Positions 36,297-50,844 of a DNA stretch of 64,000 nt are shown piece by piece. Under the pieces are notes generated by a model that was not told where the DNA came from, searched no databases, and saw only the letters and a program-made list of their open reading frames with translations. Source of the stretch: Alphaproteobacteria bacterium (GTDB lineage Bacteria > Pseudomonadota > Alphaproteobacteria > UBA828); NCBI GenBank assembly GCA_965237415.1, contig CBDEFM010000002.1:1216001-1280000 (forward strand). Direction: 5' to 3'. Made by a program: the position numbers and the translations under genes. Positions within the stretch are counted from its first letter, which is position 1. The number at the start of each line of letters is the position of its first letter.

Positions 36297-37298
36297 GTGC
36301 GTATCGTCACAATCTTCGGCGGCAGCGGGTTCCTCGGGCGCCATATCGTCCAGCGCCTCGCGCATGAGGGCTACGGCATCCGCGTCGCGACCCGGCGGCC
36401 GGAACTCGCCGGATTCCTGCGGCCTTGCGGCGATGTCGGCCAGATCGTTCCGGTTCAGGCCAACGTGCGCGACGAGGCGTCGATCCGCCGTGCCGTCGCC
36501 GGGGCAGACGCGGTGATCAATCTCACCGGCATCCTCTACGAGCGCGGCCGGCAGACCTTCTACGCCGTCCACGTGGCATCGGCCGAGCGCATCGCGCGTG
36601 CAGCGGCAGATGCCGGCGCCTCTCATCTGCTGCACGTGTCTGCGATCGGTGCCGATGCGGCCTCGCCCTCGGACTACGCACGCTCCAAGGCGGCCGGCGA
36701 GGCAGCCGTCAGGGAGGCGTTCCCCACTGCCACCGTGTTCAGGCCGAGCCTTGTGTTCGGGCCGGAAGACGAGTTCTTCAATCGCTTCGCGTCCATCGTG
36801 CGCCTGGTTCCGGTTCTGCCGGTGTTCTTCGACGGGCTGCCGAAGATGAAGCTGGATGGGCTTTTCCTCACGCCCGAGTTCGTCGCGGGCACGACGCTAT
36901 TTCAGCCGGTCTTCGTGGGGGACATCGCCGAGGCCACCCAGCGGGCGCTGGCCGGCGAGGCGGCGCAGGGCAAGACCTACGAGCTCGGCGGCCCCTCGGT
37001 CTACAGCTATGCCGAGCTGATGGCGCTGGTCGCACGCGAGACCGGCCGAAAGGCAATTCTGGCCCCGGTACCGTTCTTCGCCGCGGCGGTGATGGCCAAG
37101 TTCCTTCAGTTTGCGCCGGTGCCGCCGCTGACGCCGGACCAGGTGACGCTGCTCCGGATCGACAATGTCGCCTCGGCGGACGCGCCGGGCCTCGCCGATC
37201 TCGGTGTCAGCGCGACGGCGGCGGAGCTCATCCTGCCGACGTACTTGCGGGACCATCGCCGCGGCGGTAGCGAATCGACGCCGGTGGCCGAAGCCTGA
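36297..37298 (+). CDS. Complex I NDUFA9-family atypical SDR
   Basis: TIFGGSGFLGR, GDVGQI, VINLTGIL, YARSKAAGE, RPSLVFGPED. Confidence 0.88.
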   Translation: MRIVTIFGGSGFLGRHIVQRLAHEGYGIRVATRRPELAGFLRPCGDVGQIVPVQANVRDEASIRRAVAGADAVINLTGILYERGRQTFYAVHVASAERIARAAADAGASHLLHVSAIGADAASPSDYARSKAAGEAAVREAFPTATVFRPSLVFGPEDEFFNRFASIVRLVPVLPVFFDGLPKMKLDGLFLTPEFVAGTTLFQPVFVGDIAEATQRALAGEAAQGKTYELGGPSVYSYAELMALVARETGRKAILAPVPFFAAAVMAKFLQFAPVPPLTPDQVTLLRIDNVASADAPGLADLGVSATAAELILPTYLRDHRRGGSESTPVAEA

Positions 37299-37323
37299 GA
37301 CCCGCGCGCCGCGCGGGCGCCCA

Positions 37324-38133
37324 TCAAGCCAGGTAATGGAGCCAGACGAGCACCGCCCCGCCCAACAGCAGGCGGTAGATGACGAACGGCGTGAAACTCA
37401 CACGCCGGAGCAGGGCGAGCAGCACCGCTATTGCAACGAGCGCCACGAGGAACGAGAGGGCTGCGGCCAGCGCTGCGTTCGCGGTGACGATGGGGTCCCC
37501 CTGGCTCCAGACCTCGTAGCCGGCCACCGCGCCGCTCGCCCCGATGACCGGGATCGACATGAGCATGGAGAAGCGCGCCGCCTCCGGCCGCTCGTAGCCG
37601 AGCCAGCGGGCGGCGGTCATGGTGACGCCCGAGCGGCTGGCGCCGGGAATGAGGGCGAGCACCTGGAAAAGGCCGATCAAGAACGCGTGGCCGAGCGACA
37701 TGTGCTCGACGCGCCGGACCGTGAGCCCGATGCGATCGGCGCCATAGAGCAGAAACCCGAAACCGATCGTCGCCCAGGCGACCACCGCCGGATCGCGGAG
37801 CACCGTGTGCCCCATCACGTAGAGCACGCCACCGGCAACGATGACCGGAACGGCGGAGACGATCAGGTAGAAGCCGAGGGCCCGGCCCAGGCGCCGGTCA
37901 TGCCGCCGCCAGTGCCCGCCGATCCAGCCGAGGACCATGTGCCAGAGATCGCGCGAGAAATAGACCAGCACCGCCGCCAGCGTGCCGACGTGGACCGCCA
38001 CGTCCATGATCAGCCCCTGGTCCTGCCAGCCGGTGACGAGCGGCACCAGCACGAGATGCCCGGACGAGCTCACCGGCAGAAACTCGGTGATGCCCTGGAT
38101 GATCGTGAGGACGGCGATATGGAGGAACGGCAC
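37324..38133 (-). CDS. uppP: Undecaprenyl-diphosphate phosphatase
   Basis: QGITEFLPVSSSGH, ALIPGASRSG, FVIYRL. Confidence 0.95.
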   Translation of the reverse strand: MPFLHIAVLTIIQGITEFLPVSSSGHLVLVPLVTGWQDQGLIMDVAVHVGTLAAVLVYFSRDLWHMVLGWIGGHWRRHDRRLGRALGFYLIVSAVPVIVAGGVLYVMGHTVLRDPAVVAWATIGFGFLLYGADRIGLTVRRVEHMSLGHAFLIGLFQVLALIPGASRSGVTMTAARWLGYERPEAARFSMLMSIPVIGASGAVAGYEVWSQGDPIVTANAALAAALSFLVALVAIAVLLALLRRVSFTPFVIYRLLLGGAVLVWLHYLA

Positions 38134-38456
38134 GGCCGCGCTGCTCTGTCGAAAGCGGCCGATTCGCCGCCGCCGCGCTTATACCACTACGGGACCGATG
38201 AGGGACAGAATTGGACGCTCGTTTCATAGTCGCAGTTCGGTCCTAATTTGGGTGGCAAGCGTGACTCAGTTCGCTTGCCGCAGATGCCGATACGGCGCCA
38301 CTGGAAACTTTCAGACAGCCATTCTGCCCTATTGGCGCCGAATTGCTTGGCGTGACCGACCGCTTGCGGCTATAGTGGGAGCGATCGGAGGTGGAGGGTG
38401 CGCGGCAGCCCCGCCCGTACACCGAGACGCCAGGGAGAGAGCGCGTGGGCACAGAA

Positions 38457-39893
38457 ATGCTCAAGTTCGTGACGCTCGGGCAGCAGCATCCGGACAAGCG
38501 CGCGCCGGCGCTCCGCCGCCGCGACTGGGGGGAGGTCTACGGCGACTTCCGCCCCGAGGCTGCAGCCGACCAGGCCGCCCGCTGCTCTCAGTGCGGGGTG
38601 CCCTTCTGTCAGATTCACTGCCCGGTCTCGAACAACATCCCCGACTGGCTGATGCTGACGGCCGAGGGACGGCTGGAAGAAGCCTACGAGATTTCGTCGG
38701 CGACCAACAACATGCCGGAGATTTGCGGCCGCATCTGCCCGCAAGACCGCCTCTGCGAAGGCAACTGCGTGATCGAAAAGGGTTTCGAGTCGGTCACCAT
38801 CGGCGCCGTGGAGCGCTACATCACCGACACGGCGTTCCAGAACGGCTGGGTGAAGCCGCCGCAGCCCAGGGTCGAACGGCCGCAGTCGGTCGGGATCGTC
38901 GGCGCGGGGCCGGGCGGAATGACGGTCGCCGAGGAGCTGCGCCGCCTCGGCTATCAGGTCCACATCTACGACCGCTATGACCGGGTCGGCGGGCTGCTGA
39001 TCTACGGGATTCCGAACTTCAAGCTGGATAAGTCCATCGTTGGGCGCCGGGCCGATCTGCTCGTCGAGGGCGGCGTGCACATGCACCTCAATGTCGAGGT
39101 CGGGCGCGACTGCTCGCTTGCCGAGCTGCACGCACGGCACGATGCGATAGTGATCGCGACCGGCGCCTACAAGGCACGCAACATGTCCGTTCCGGGGATC
39201 GGCCTCGGCAACATCTTCCAGGCGATGGACTACCTCACCGCGAGCAACCGCAAGGGATTGGGCGATGAGGTGCCGGCCTTCGACGACGGCACCCTCGACG
39301 CCGAAGGCAAGAACGTCGTTGTCGTCGGCGGCGGCGACACGGCGATGGACTGCGTGCGCACGGCGGTGCGCCAGGGGGCGCGCTCGGTGCGCTGCCTCTA
39401 CCGCCGCGACCGCGCGAACATGCCGGGCTCGATGCAGGAGGTCAGGCACGCCGAGGAGGAGGGCGTCGAGTTCGTCTGGCTCTCGGCGCCGGAGGCCGTG
39501 CTCGGCAACACCGACGTCGAGGGCGTGCGCGCAGTGCGCATTCATCTCGGCGTCGCCGATGCCAGCGGCCGCCAGATCCCCCAGCCAATTCCGGGCTCGA
39601 GCTATTCCGTCGACGCCGATCTGCTCATCAAGGCGCTCGGCTTCGACCCTGAAGATCTACCGGCGATGTTCGGCGAGCCCGGGCTTGAGACGACGCGTTG
39701 GGGCACGCTGCTCATCGACTGGCGCACCATGATGACGAACCTCGACGGCGTCTTCGCCATCGGCGACATCGTGCGTGGCGCCTCGCTGGTCGTCTGGGCG
39801 ATCAAGGACGGGCGGGACGCCGCACGCTCCATTCACCGCTATATCCAAGTGGGAGCGGATGAAGGCGCCGTCGTGAGGGAGGCCGCGGCATGA
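38457..39893 (+). CDS. gltD: Glutamate synthase small subunit
   Basis: RCSQCGVPFCQIHCP, GRICPQDRLCEGNC, GAGPGG, GGGDTAMDC, GASLVVWAI. Start could also be GTG 38445. Confidence 0.95.
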   Translation: MLKFVTLGQQHPDKRAPALRRRDWGEVYGDFRPEAAADQAARCSQCGVPFCQIHCPVSNNIPDWLMLTAEGRLEEAYEISSATNNMPEICGRICPQDRLCEGNCVIEKGFESVTIGAVERYITDTAFQNGWVKPPQPRVERPQSVGIVGAGPGGMTVAEELRRLGYQVHIYDRYDRVGGLLIYGIPNFKLDKSIVGRRADLLVEGGVHMHLNVEVGRDCSLAELHARHDAIVIATGAYKARNMSVPGIGLGNIFQAMDYLTASNRKGLGDEVPAFDDGTLDAEGKNVVVVGGGDTAMDCVRTAVRQGARSVRCLYRRDRANMPGSMQEVRHAEEEGVEFVWLSAPEAVLGNTDVEGVRAVRIHLGVADASGRQIPQPIPGSSYSVDADLLIKALGFDPEDLPAMFGEPGLETTRWGTLLIDWRTMMTNLDGVFAIGDIVRGASLVVWAIKDGRDAARSIHRYIQVGADEGAVVREAAA

Positions 39894-42800
39894 GCGATCG
39901 CAAGCACCCTCCCCTCGCCCAACCGATGGTGCTGAGCGGCGGCCTCTATGATCCCAGTTTCGAGCACGATTCGTGCGGAGTCGGACTGATCGCCTCGCTC
40001 GATGGCACACCGCGACGCGATGTGGTCGAGGCCGGCATCGCGGCGCTCAAGGCGGTGTGGCACCGGGGCGCGGTCGATGCCGACGGCAAGACCGGCGACG
40101 GCGCCGGCATTCACGTCGAGATTCCGCAGGACTTCTTCAGGGAGCATGTGGAGGCGACCGGCCAGGGGACCAAGGGCGGGCGGCTGGCCGTCGGCATGGT
40201 GTTTCTGCCCAAGACCGATCTCGGCGCGCAGGACCTCTGCCGCAGCATCGTAGAGACGGAGATTCTCCGCTTCGGCCACGGCATCCAGGGTTGGCGCCAG
40301 GTGCCGATCGATTCGTCGGTGATCGGAGAGAAGGCGAATGCCAGCCGGCCGGAGATCGAGCAGGTCATGGTCGACAACGAGCGCGGCGTCGATGACGATC
40401 AGTTCGAGATCGACCTCTACATCATCCGCCGGCGCATCGAGAAACAGGTCCTCGACCACCACATCACCGGTTTCTACATCTGCTCGCTCTCGTCCCGCTC
40501 GCTCATCTACAAGGGGATGTTCCTGGCCGAGCAGCTCACGGCGTTCTATCCGGACCTGCTGGACGAGCGCTTCGTGTCGCGCTTCGCGATCTTCCACCAG
40601 CGCTATTCGACCAACACCTTCCCCACCTGGCGCCTGGCGCAGCCCTTCCGAATGCTCGCCCACAACGGCGAGATCAACACGGTACGCGGCAACAAGAACT
40701 GGATGGCGAGCCACGAAACGCGGGCCGCCAGCGACGTGTTCGGCGCCCACAACAACGAGCTCTTTCCGCTGATCGAGCCGGACACCTCGGACTCGATGGC
40801 GCTCGACGCCGTGCTCGAGGGCGTGGTGCGGGCCGGCCGTTCCGTGCCGGCGGCCTATAGCCTGCTCATCCCGGACGCCTGGTCCAAGAAGCAGGACATG
40901 CCGGCCAACCACCGTGCGTTCTACAACTTCTGCAACTGCGTGATGGAGCCCTGGGACGGCCCGGCGGCGGTCGCCGCAACCGACGGGGCCTGGATTCTGG
41001 CCGGGATGGACCGCAACGGCCTCCGCCCGATGCGCTATAGCGTCACGGCCGGCGGCATGCTCGTCGTCGGCTCCGAGACCGGCATGGTCCCGATCCCGCC
41101 CGAGCAGATCGTCGAGAACGGCCGGCTCGGCCCCGGTCAGCTCATCTGCGTCGATCTTGCCGAGGGTCGCCTCTATCACGACCGCGAAATCAAGGACATG
41201 CTCGCCGAGGCCAAGCCCTACGCGTCATGGGTCGCCGACGTGGTGGACGGCAGCGCCCTCGTCGGGGGCCGGACGGAGCCCCGCATGTTCTCGCGCGACG
41301 AGCTCCGCCGGCGCCAGCGCATGGTGGGCTATTCCATGGAAGAGCTCGAACTGGTGCTCCATCCCATGGTGGAGGCCGGCAAGGAGCCGACCGGCTCGAT
41401 GGGCGACGACACGCCGCTCGCCGTGCTCTCCGGCCAGTATCGGGGCCTGCACTACTACTTTCGCCAGATGTTCGCGCAGGTGACCAATCCGCCGATCGAT
41501 TCCTTGCGCGAATACAGCGTCATGAGCCTGCTCACGCGGCTCGGCAGCATGGGCAATATCTTCGCCGACGAGCCCGAGCAAACCGCGTTCCTGCAGCTCG
41601 ATTCGCCGATCCTCACCAACGGCGAGTTCGCGGGCCTGATCGAGCATCTGGACGACAAGGCGGTGTGGATCGACTGCACCTTCGACGCCGCCCCCGGCCG
41701 CGAGCGGCTCACCGAGGCGATCGAGCAGATCCGCGGGCAGGCGGAGGAGGCGGTGCGCGGCGGCGCCACCCACCTCATCCTCACCGACGAGCATGTCTCG
41801 GAGGAGCGCGCGCCGATCCCCATGATCCTGGCGGCCGGCGGCGTGCACAGCCACCTGGTGCGCCAGCGGCTCAGGACCTTCACGTCGATCAACGTGCGCG
41901 CCGCCGAGTGCCTGGACGTGCACTATTTCGCCGTCCTCATCGGAGTCGGCACGACCACGATCAACCCCTATGTCGCGCTGGAAAGCCTGGCCGACAGGCA
42001 GGAGCGCGGGCTCTTCGGCAACCGCAGTTTGGCGGACTGCGAGGAGCGCTACCGCAGTGCCGTCGATGCAGGGCTCCTCAAGATCCTCTCGAAGATGGGC
42101 ATCTCGGTGCTGAGCTCATACCGGAGCGGCTACAACTTCGAGGCCGTCGGCCTCAGCCGGGCATTGGTCGCCGATTTCTTCCCCGGCATGACGGCGCGCC
42201 TCTCCGGCATCGGGCTCAGCGGCATCAAGCGCCGCGTGCTTCTCCAGCACCGCAAGGCCTATGAGGAGAGCCCGGTCGTGCTGCCGGTGGGCGGCCTCCT
42301 CAAGTACCGCCGGTCGGGCGAGGTGCACGCCTTCGACGGGCCGCTTATCCACATGCTCCAGTCGGCTCTCGCGACCGATTCCTACGCGACCTACAAGAAG
42401 TTTGCCGAAGGCGTCTACGCGTTGCCGCCGATCCAGATACGCAACCTCCTCGGCTTCAAGACCGAGAGGCCGGCGATCGGGCTCGAGGAAGTGGAATCGA
42501 TCACCCAGATCCGCAAGCGCTTCAGCAGCGGCAGCATGTCGCACGGGGCGCTCTCCAAGGAGGCGCACGAGACCCTCGCCATCGCGATGAACAGGATCGG
42601 CGCGGCGTCCTGCAGCGGCGAGGGCGGCGAGGCGCGCGAGCGCTTCGAGCCGCGCGACAACGGCGACAACGCATCGTCTGCGACCAAGCAAATCGCCTCC
42701 GCCCGCTTTGGCGTGACCGCGGAGTACCTGAACCACTGCCGCGAGATCGAGATCAAGATGGCCCAGGGGGCGAAGCCCGGCGAAGGCGGCCAGCTGCCGG

Positions 42801-44404
42801 GCTTCAAGGTGTCGGAGGAGATCGCCCGCCTAAGGCTTTCCACGCCGGGGGTCACGCTCATCTCGCCGCCGCCGCACCACGACATCTACTCGATCGAAGA
42901 CCTCGCGCAGCTCATCTACGACCTGAAGCAGATCAACCCCCACGCGAGAGTCACGGTCAAGCTCGTGGCAGAGGCCGGCATCGGCACCATCGCCGCCGGA
43001 GTCGCCAAGGCCAAGGCCGACGTGGTCCTCGTCTCCGGCCATGACGGCGGCACCGGCGCATCGCCCCAGAGCAGCGTGAAATATGCTGGCGTGCCCTGGG
43101 AGATGGGCCTCGCCGAAGTGCATCAGGTGCTCACGCTCAACCGCCTGCGCCATACCGTGACGCTCCGCGTCGATGGCGGCATCAAGACCGGCCGCGACGT
43201 CGTCACCGCCGCCATGCTGGGAGCCGAGGAGTTCGGCATCGGCACCACCTCGCTGGTCGCCATGGGCTGCATCCTGGTGCGCCAGTGCCACAGCAACACC
43301 TGCCCGGTGGGCGTCTGCACGCAGGACCCGGCGCTCCGCGCCAAGTTCGAGGGCACGCCGGAGAAGGTGGTCAACCTGTTCACCTTCATCGGCGAGGAGG
43401 TGCGCGAGATCCTGGCATCGCTCGGGGCTTCGACGCTCGACGAGATCGTCGGGCGCACCGACCTCTTGCGCCAGGTCAGCCGGGGCAGCGCCGATCTCGA
43501 CGATCTCGACCTCAACCCACTGCTGGCCCAGGCGGACCCCGGCGGCCACCCCCGTCACTCGACGCGCAAGGGCCGGATCGCGGTGCCCGACACTCTCGAC
43601 GAGCAGATCATCAGCGACGCCGACGATGCGCTCGAAGTGCCGGAGAAGATGCAGTTCGCCTACACGATCCGCAACACGCACCGCACGATCGGGGCCAAGC
43701 TCTCCTCCCACCTGACCCGTCGCTTCGGCATGTCGGGGCTGCCGCCCGACTACTTCACCGTGAGCCTGCGCGGCTCCGCCGGCCAATCGCTCGGCGCCTG
43801 GGCCGTGCAGGGCCTCAAGATCGTGGTGAGCGGCGACGCCAACGACTATGTGGGCAAGGGGCTTTCCGGCGGCACCATCGTCATACGCATGCCGACCTCT
43901 AGCCCGCTCATCTCCAGCGAAAACACGATCATCGGCAATGTCGTCCTCTACGGTGCCACGAGCGGCAAGTTGTTCGCTGCCGGCCAGGCGGGCGAGCGCT
44001 TCTGCGTGCGCAACTCCGGCGCCCGCGCCGTGGTCGAGGGCTGCGGCTCGAACGGGTGCGAATACATGACCGGCGGTATCGCCGTGATCCTCGGGCCGGT
44101 GGGCCACAATTTCGCGGCCGGCATGACCGGCGGCATGGCCTTCGTCTACGACCCCGACTCCTCCTTCGAGCGCCGCGTCAACGCCGACACCGTGGTCTGG
44201 CAGCGGATCGCCAGCACCTATTGGGAGAACGAGTGCCGGGCCCTGGTCGAGGAGCACCATGCCGAGACCCGCTCTCGCTACAGCGAGCGCCTGCTCGCCG
44301 ACTGGACCCTGGAGATCGGCAAATTCTGGCAAATCTGCCCGCGGGAGATGATCTCCCGTCTCGCCCAACCGCTGGTCGACGAGGCGCAAGCCGAGATCGC
44401 TTGA
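39890..44404 (+). CDS. gltB: Glutamate synthase large subunit
   Basis: HDSCGVG, HQRYSTNT, EPWDGPA, QGAKPGEGGQLPG, CILVRQCHSNTCPVGVCTQ. Confidence 0.97.
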   Translation: MSDRKHPPLAQPMVLSGGLYDPSFEHDSCGVGLIASLDGTPRRDVVEAGIAALKAVWHRGAVDADGKTGDGAGIHVEIPQDFFREHVEATGQGTKGGRLAVGMVFLPKTDLGAQDLCRSIVETEILRFGHGIQGWRQVPIDSSVIGEKANASRPEIEQVMVDNERGVDDDQFEIDLYIIRRRIEKQVLDHHITGFYICSLSSRSLIYKGMFLAEQLTAFYPDLLDERFVSRFAIFHQRYSTNTFPTWRLAQPFRMLAHNGEINTVRGNKNWMASHETRAASDVFGAHNNELFPLIEPDTSDSMALDAVLEGVVRAGRSVPAAYSLLIPDAWSKKQDMPANHRAFYNFCNCVMEPWDGPAAVAATDGAWILAGMDRNGLRPMRYSVTAGGMLVVGSETGMVPIPPEQIVENGRLGPGQLICVDLAEGRLYHDREIKDMLAEAKPYASWVADVVDGSALVGGRTEPRMFSRDELRRRQRMVGYSMEELELVLHPMVEAGKEPTGSMGDDTPLAVLSGQYRGLHYYFRQMFAQVTNPPIDSLREYSVMSLLTRLGSMGNIFADEPEQTAFLQLDSPILTNGEFAGLIEHLDDKAVWIDCTFDAAPGRERLTEAIEQIRGQAEEAVRGGATHLILTDEHVSEERAPIPMILAAGGVHSHLVRQRLRTFTSINVRAAECLDVHYFAVLIGVGTTTINPYVALESLADRQERGLFGNRSLADCEERYRSAVDAGLLKILSKMGISVLSSYRSGYNFEAVGLSRALVADFFPGMTARLSGIGLSGIKRRVLLQHRKAYEESPVVLPVGGLLKYRRSGEVHAFDGPLIHMLQSALATDSYATYKKFAEGVYALPPIQIRNLLGFKTERPAIGLEEVESITQIRKRFSSGSMSHGALSKEAHETLAIAMNRIGAASCSGEGGEARERFEPRDNGDNASSATKQIASARFGVTAEYLNHCREIEIKMAQGAKPGEGGQLPGFKVSEEIARLRLSTPGVTLISPPPHHDIYSIEDLAQLIYDLKQINPHARVTVKLVAEAGIGTIAAGVAKAKADVVLVSGHDGGTGASPQSSVKYAGVPWEMGLAEVHQVLTLNRLRHTVTLRVDGGIKTGRDVVTAAMLGAEEFGIGTTSLVAMGCILVRQCHSNTCPVGVCTQDPALRAKFEGTPEKVVNLFTFIGEEVREILASLGASTLDEIVGRTDLLRQVSRGSADLDDLDLNPLLAQADPGGHPRHSTRKGRIAVPDTLDEQIISDADDALEVPEKMQFAYTIRNTHRTIGAKLSSHLTRRFGMSGLPPDYFTVSLRGSAGQSLGAWAVQGLKIVVSGDANDYVGKGLSGGTIVIRMPTSSPLISSENTIIGNVVLYGATSGKLFAAGQAGERFCVRNSGARAVVEGCGSNGCEYMTGGIAVILGPVGHNFAAGMTGGMAFVYDPDSSFERRVNADTVVWQRIASTYWENECRALVEEHHAETRSRYSERLLADWTLEIGKFWQICPREMISRLAQPLVDEAQAEIA

Positions 44405-44487
44405 GCCGGCCGCCGAGGCGCAGGATGAGGAAGCGCGCCACGGGTTTCGGCTGGAAAAGCGAGCGGTAGCGGCGGAACGCGCTTCTC

Positions 44488-45609
44488 TCAGTTTGCGTCG
44501 TCGGAATCTTCAGCCGCTTCTCCACGCGCCGCCGCAAAAACTTCGAGGCTCCCCTCCGCGATCGCGGCGCGCAGATCGGCCATCAGCCGCTGATAGAAAT
44601 AGAGATTGTGCTGGGTCAACAGGATCGGGCCCAGCATCTCGCCCGTGCGGAACAGGTGGTGCAGGTAGGCGCGGCTGTAGTCCGCGCACGTCGGGCAGGC
44701 GCAGGCGGCATCGACCGGCGATGAGTCCTCGGCGTGGCGGGCGTTGCGCATGTTGAGAGTGCCGCGCGCGGTATAGGCACGCGCGGTGCGGCCGGAGCGG
44801 GTGGGCAGCACACAGTCGAAGAGGTCGATCCCGCGGCGGACAGCCTGCACGATGTCGTCCGGCGTGCCCACGCCCATCAGGTAACGCGGCCGCTCTGCCG
44901 GCAGCGCGCCTTCCAGCCCGTCGAGCACGGCCAGCATGCGCGCCTGGCCCTCGCCCACCGCTAGCCCGCCCACGGCATAGCCATCGAAGTCGATCTCCGT
45001 CAGCGCTGCCGCCGATTCCGCCCGCAACGCCGGAAAGACGCCGCCCTGCACGATGCCGAAGAGCCCATAGCCCGGCCGCGGCACGAACGCGTCCTTGCAG
45101 AGCGCGGCCCAACGCATCGAGCGGCGCATGGCCTTCGCGGCCTCGTCTTCGCTCGCCGGCCAGCGCGTGCATTCATCCAGCACCATGGTGATGTCGCTGC
45201 CCAGCTGATGCTGAATCGCCACGGCGCCCGCCGGGGTCAGATGGTGACGCGAGCCGTCGGTATGCGCGCGGAACACGACGCCGTCCTCCTGGACGGTGCG
45301 GAGCTGGGCGAGCGACATCACCTGGAAGCCGCCCGAGTCGGTGAGGATGGGCCCCGGCCAGTTCATGAATTTGTGCAGGCCGCCGAGGCGCGCGATGCGC
45401 TCTGCGCCGGGCCGGATCATCAGGTGATAGGCGTTGCCGAGCACCATCTCAGCGCCGCTCGCCCGCACGGCATCGACCGTGAGGCCCTTGACCGCCGCCT
45501 GTGTCCCCACCGGCATGAAGGCGGGCGTGCGCACAGGCCCGTGGGCGGTCTCCAGCCGGCCGAGCCTAGCCCGGCCATCCGTCGCCTCCACGGAGAAGCC
45601 GAGCGTCAT
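44488..45609 (-). CDS. tgt: tRNA-guanine transglycosylase
   Basis: [44 protein letters not shown] Zn site. Confidence 0.96.
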   Translation of the reverse strand: MTLGFSVEATDGRARLGRLETAHGPVRTPAFMPVGTQAAVKGLTVDAVRASGAEMVLGNAYHLMIRPGAERIARLGGLHKFMNWPGPILTDSGGFQVMSLAQLRTVQEDGVVFRAHTDGSRHHLTPAGAVAIQHQLGSDITMVLDECTRWPASEDEAAKAMRRSMRWAALCKDAFVPRPGYGLFGIVQGGVFPALRAESAAALTEIDFDGYAVGGLAVGEGQARMLAVLDGLEGALPAERPRYLMGVGTPDDIVQAVRRGIDLFDCVLPTRSGRTARAYTARGTLNMRNARHAEDSSPVDAACACPTCADYSRAYLHHLFRTGEMLGPILLTQHNLYFYQRLMADLRAAIAEGSLEVFAAARGEAAEDSDDAN

Positions 45610-46634
45610 GTCGCCTCCTCGCGCGCAAGCAGGCAGGCGTCGCCGTAGGAATAGAAGCGGTAGCCCTCGGCCAGCGCCTCTGCGTAGGCCGCCTTCATCC
45701 ACTCGGTGCCGGCGAAGGCCGAGACCAGCATGAAGAGCGTCGAGCGGGGCAGGTGGAAATTGGTCAGCATCAGATCGACCGTCTTGAAACGGTAGCCCGG
45801 CTTAATGAAGAGATCGACCTCGCCCGAGAACGCTTCGACGGTGCCGTTGGGCCGCGCCGCGCTCTCCAGCAGCCGCACGACCGTGGTGCCCACCGCGACG
45901 ATGCGCCCGCCGGCGGCCCGACAACCGTTGATGGCGGCGGCGGCATTGGGCGCCAGCTCGCAGGCCTCCGCGTGCATCGGGTGATCGGCAGTATCCTCCA
46001 CCGAGACAGGCAGGAACGTGCCGGCACCGACGTGGAGGGTGACGAAGCGCCGGCCGATGCCGCGCGCGTCGATCGCCTGCAGCAGGCGGTCGGTGAAGTG
46101 AAGGCCAGCCGTCGGCGCGGCGACGGCACCCTCCCGCCGCGCGAACACGGTCTGATAGTCATCGCGGTCGTGCGCATCGGCCGCGCGGCGGATATAGGGT
46201 GGCAAAGGCATGGCGCCATGGCTCTGGAGCGCCTCGGCGAGCGCCGCGCCACCCCGATCGAAGACAAGGCTCACCTCCGGCCCGTCGCGCGCCTCGACGG
46301 CGGCCGAGAATTCGTCGGCAAAGTGGATCACGTCGCCCGGCCTCAGCCGCCGCGCCGGCTTGGCGAATGCCTGCCAGCACCCGTTCGACCGTTGCCGGTG
46401 CAACGTGAGCTCGACTCTCGCCTCGCCCCTCACGCCCACCAGGCGCGCCGGGATCACCCGCGTGTCGTTGAAAACCATCAGGTCTCCCGGCCGCAGCAGG
46501 GCCGGAAGGTCGGCCACCCTGCGATGGGCGAGGCCGGCGGAGAGATCGAGGAGGCGCGCGGAATCGCGCGGACGGGCCGGGCGCATCGCGATCGCCTCGC
46601 GCGGGAGGTCGAAATCGAAGGCGTCGACCCGCAC
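45606..46634 (-). CDS. queA: S-adenosylmethionine:tRNA ribosyltransferase-isomerase
   Basis: [40 protein letters not shown]. Confidence 0.96.
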   Translation of the reverse strand: MRVDAFDFDLPREAIAMRPARPRDSARLLDLSAGLAHRRVADLPALLRPGDLMVFNDTRVIPARLVGVRGEARVELTLHRQRSNGCWQAFAKPARRLRPGDVIHFADEFSAAVEARDGPEVSLVFDRGGAALAEALQSHGAMPLPPYIRRAADAHDRDDYQTVFARREGAVAAPTAGLHFTDRLLQAIDARGIGRRFVTLHVGAGTFLPVSVEDTADHPMHAEACELAPNAAAAINGCRAAGGRIVAVGTTVVRLLESAARPNGTVEAFSGEVDLFIKPGYRFKTVDLMLTNFHLPRSTLFMLVSAFAGTEWMKAAYAEALAEGYRFYSYGDACLLAREEAT

Positions 46635-46658
46635 CGATGGCCGCCGGCGCCGCCTGCC

Positions 46659-47157
46659 TCAGGGAGACGCCGTCCCGAACCGCTCGGCGAGGCGGCGGGC
46701 GATCATCGGCGAGACGAAGCTCGAGACGTCGCCGCCGAGGGAGGCGATCTCCTTGACCAGCTTGGAGGCGATGAAGTGATGGCGCTCCGACGCCATCAGG
46801 AACACGGTCTCCACGCCCTGGTCGAGCCTGGCGTTCATGCCCGCCATCTGGAACTCGTACTCGAAATCGGACACCGCCCGGAGCCCGCGCACGATGACCG
46901 TGGCGCCGACCTCGTGGACGAAGTGCATGAGCAGGCTGTCGAAGCGGCGGACCTCCAGCTGCGGCGGTTCGAGCCCGAGCGCCGCGAGGTCCTGCGCGGT
47001 CAGCGCCACCCGCTCGTCCACGTCGAAGAGCGGGCTCTTGCCCGCGTTGCCGGCGACCGCCACGACCAGCCGGTCCACCACCCTGAGGGAACGCCTGATG
47101 ATGTCCTGGTGGCCCGTGGTGATCGGGTCGAAGGTCCCGGGATAGAGGCCAACCCTC

Positions 47158-47165
<8 letters not shown>
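46659..47165 (-). CDS. coaD: Phosphopantetheine adenylyltransferase
   Basis: [24 protein letters not shown]. Confidence 0.96.
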
Positions 47166-49872
<2,707 letters not shown>

Positions 49873-50196
49873 TGACCGGAAAGATTATTGAAAGACAAGG
49901 AATTAGGCCGCGCTCTGCGACTCGATCCTTACGCCTTTGAGACTACAGCAAACGCCCTCGCTTCACAATGTTGCGGGCGCGAAATACCGAGCCGTCGGCG
50001 GACCCGTCGATCCCGGTTTCCGGCAGCCGAACGACGTGCTTTCGACACCGTTGGGGATGGCAGCAAACATCCCCTAATCCTGTCGGCTCTGATCGCTCTC
50101 CAGCCAACGCGATTTCACAGCACAAGACTTCCGACACCCGTCTCCTCGCGGCCCACGTGTATTCCGTCCACGTGCGCGGGCTCACGATCCGAGCGG

Positions 50197-50465
50197 AACA
50201 CTAATTTCAAGTGGGATTCGGCGGGATTAAGTGGGATAAGTGGGATTCCGCGCGGGAAAAGGTCGTGCGCGCCCGAAGGGGTCGTGCGCACTTGGAACAT
50301 GCTCGTGCGCTCGAAGGGTCGTGTAGGCGGGAAATGGTCTCGCGCGCCCATCCCGATGATGCTACCCCCGCGCGCATCCCGCGCATGTGGCCCGCTCGCT
50401 CTCGCCCTGCATGACGCGATCATGGCGCATAAGCCTCGCTCCCTGCATTGCAACATGGTCCGGGG
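50197..50465 (-). repeat. Composite intergenic element, family 2, inverted copy
   Basis: Reverse strand reads CCCGGACCATGTTGCAATGCAGG...GCGAGAGCGAGCGGG...(GCGCACGACC)n...ATCCCACTTATCCCACTTAATCCCGCCGAATCCCACTTGAAATTAG. Confidence 0.8.
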
Positions 50466-50844
50466 CGTCGACGGACAGCTTCTTCCCTTCCGTCGCCGCT
50501 CGGCAGCACATCAGGCGCTCAGCGCGCGTCCCGCGCGACGGCGGACCCGGCAATCACCTGGTGGCCGAGGGGCTGCGGGTCGCGTTCTGATTGGGGGACG
50601 CGATACGGCGCCTTTGCCCCTGAGTAGCTACGCCCGCGCCACCTGCATCCTCGACGAACTCAGCACTGCTGTGCGGCTCTCGACGGCGTGAAGGATACGC
50701 GATAGCAGCTACGAACGCGACCTCCAGCCCGACGGGGAGAAAACTCGCCCCAACGATGTAACGTCGCCAAGTTAATCATGCTATTAGTCTTGATCCGTCG
50801 CGCGCCATTGCGTCGCTGCGGAGTGACAATCGGGGTACTAGCAA

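Noticed and set aside
38332-38348. Sigma-54 promoter for gltD (TTGGCGCCGAATTGCT)
   Set aside because: GG-to-GC spacing is 9 nt rather than the required 10.
49888-50691. 267-aa ORF upstream of gyrA
   Set aside because: It runs through the family-2 repeat and has no protein-like features.
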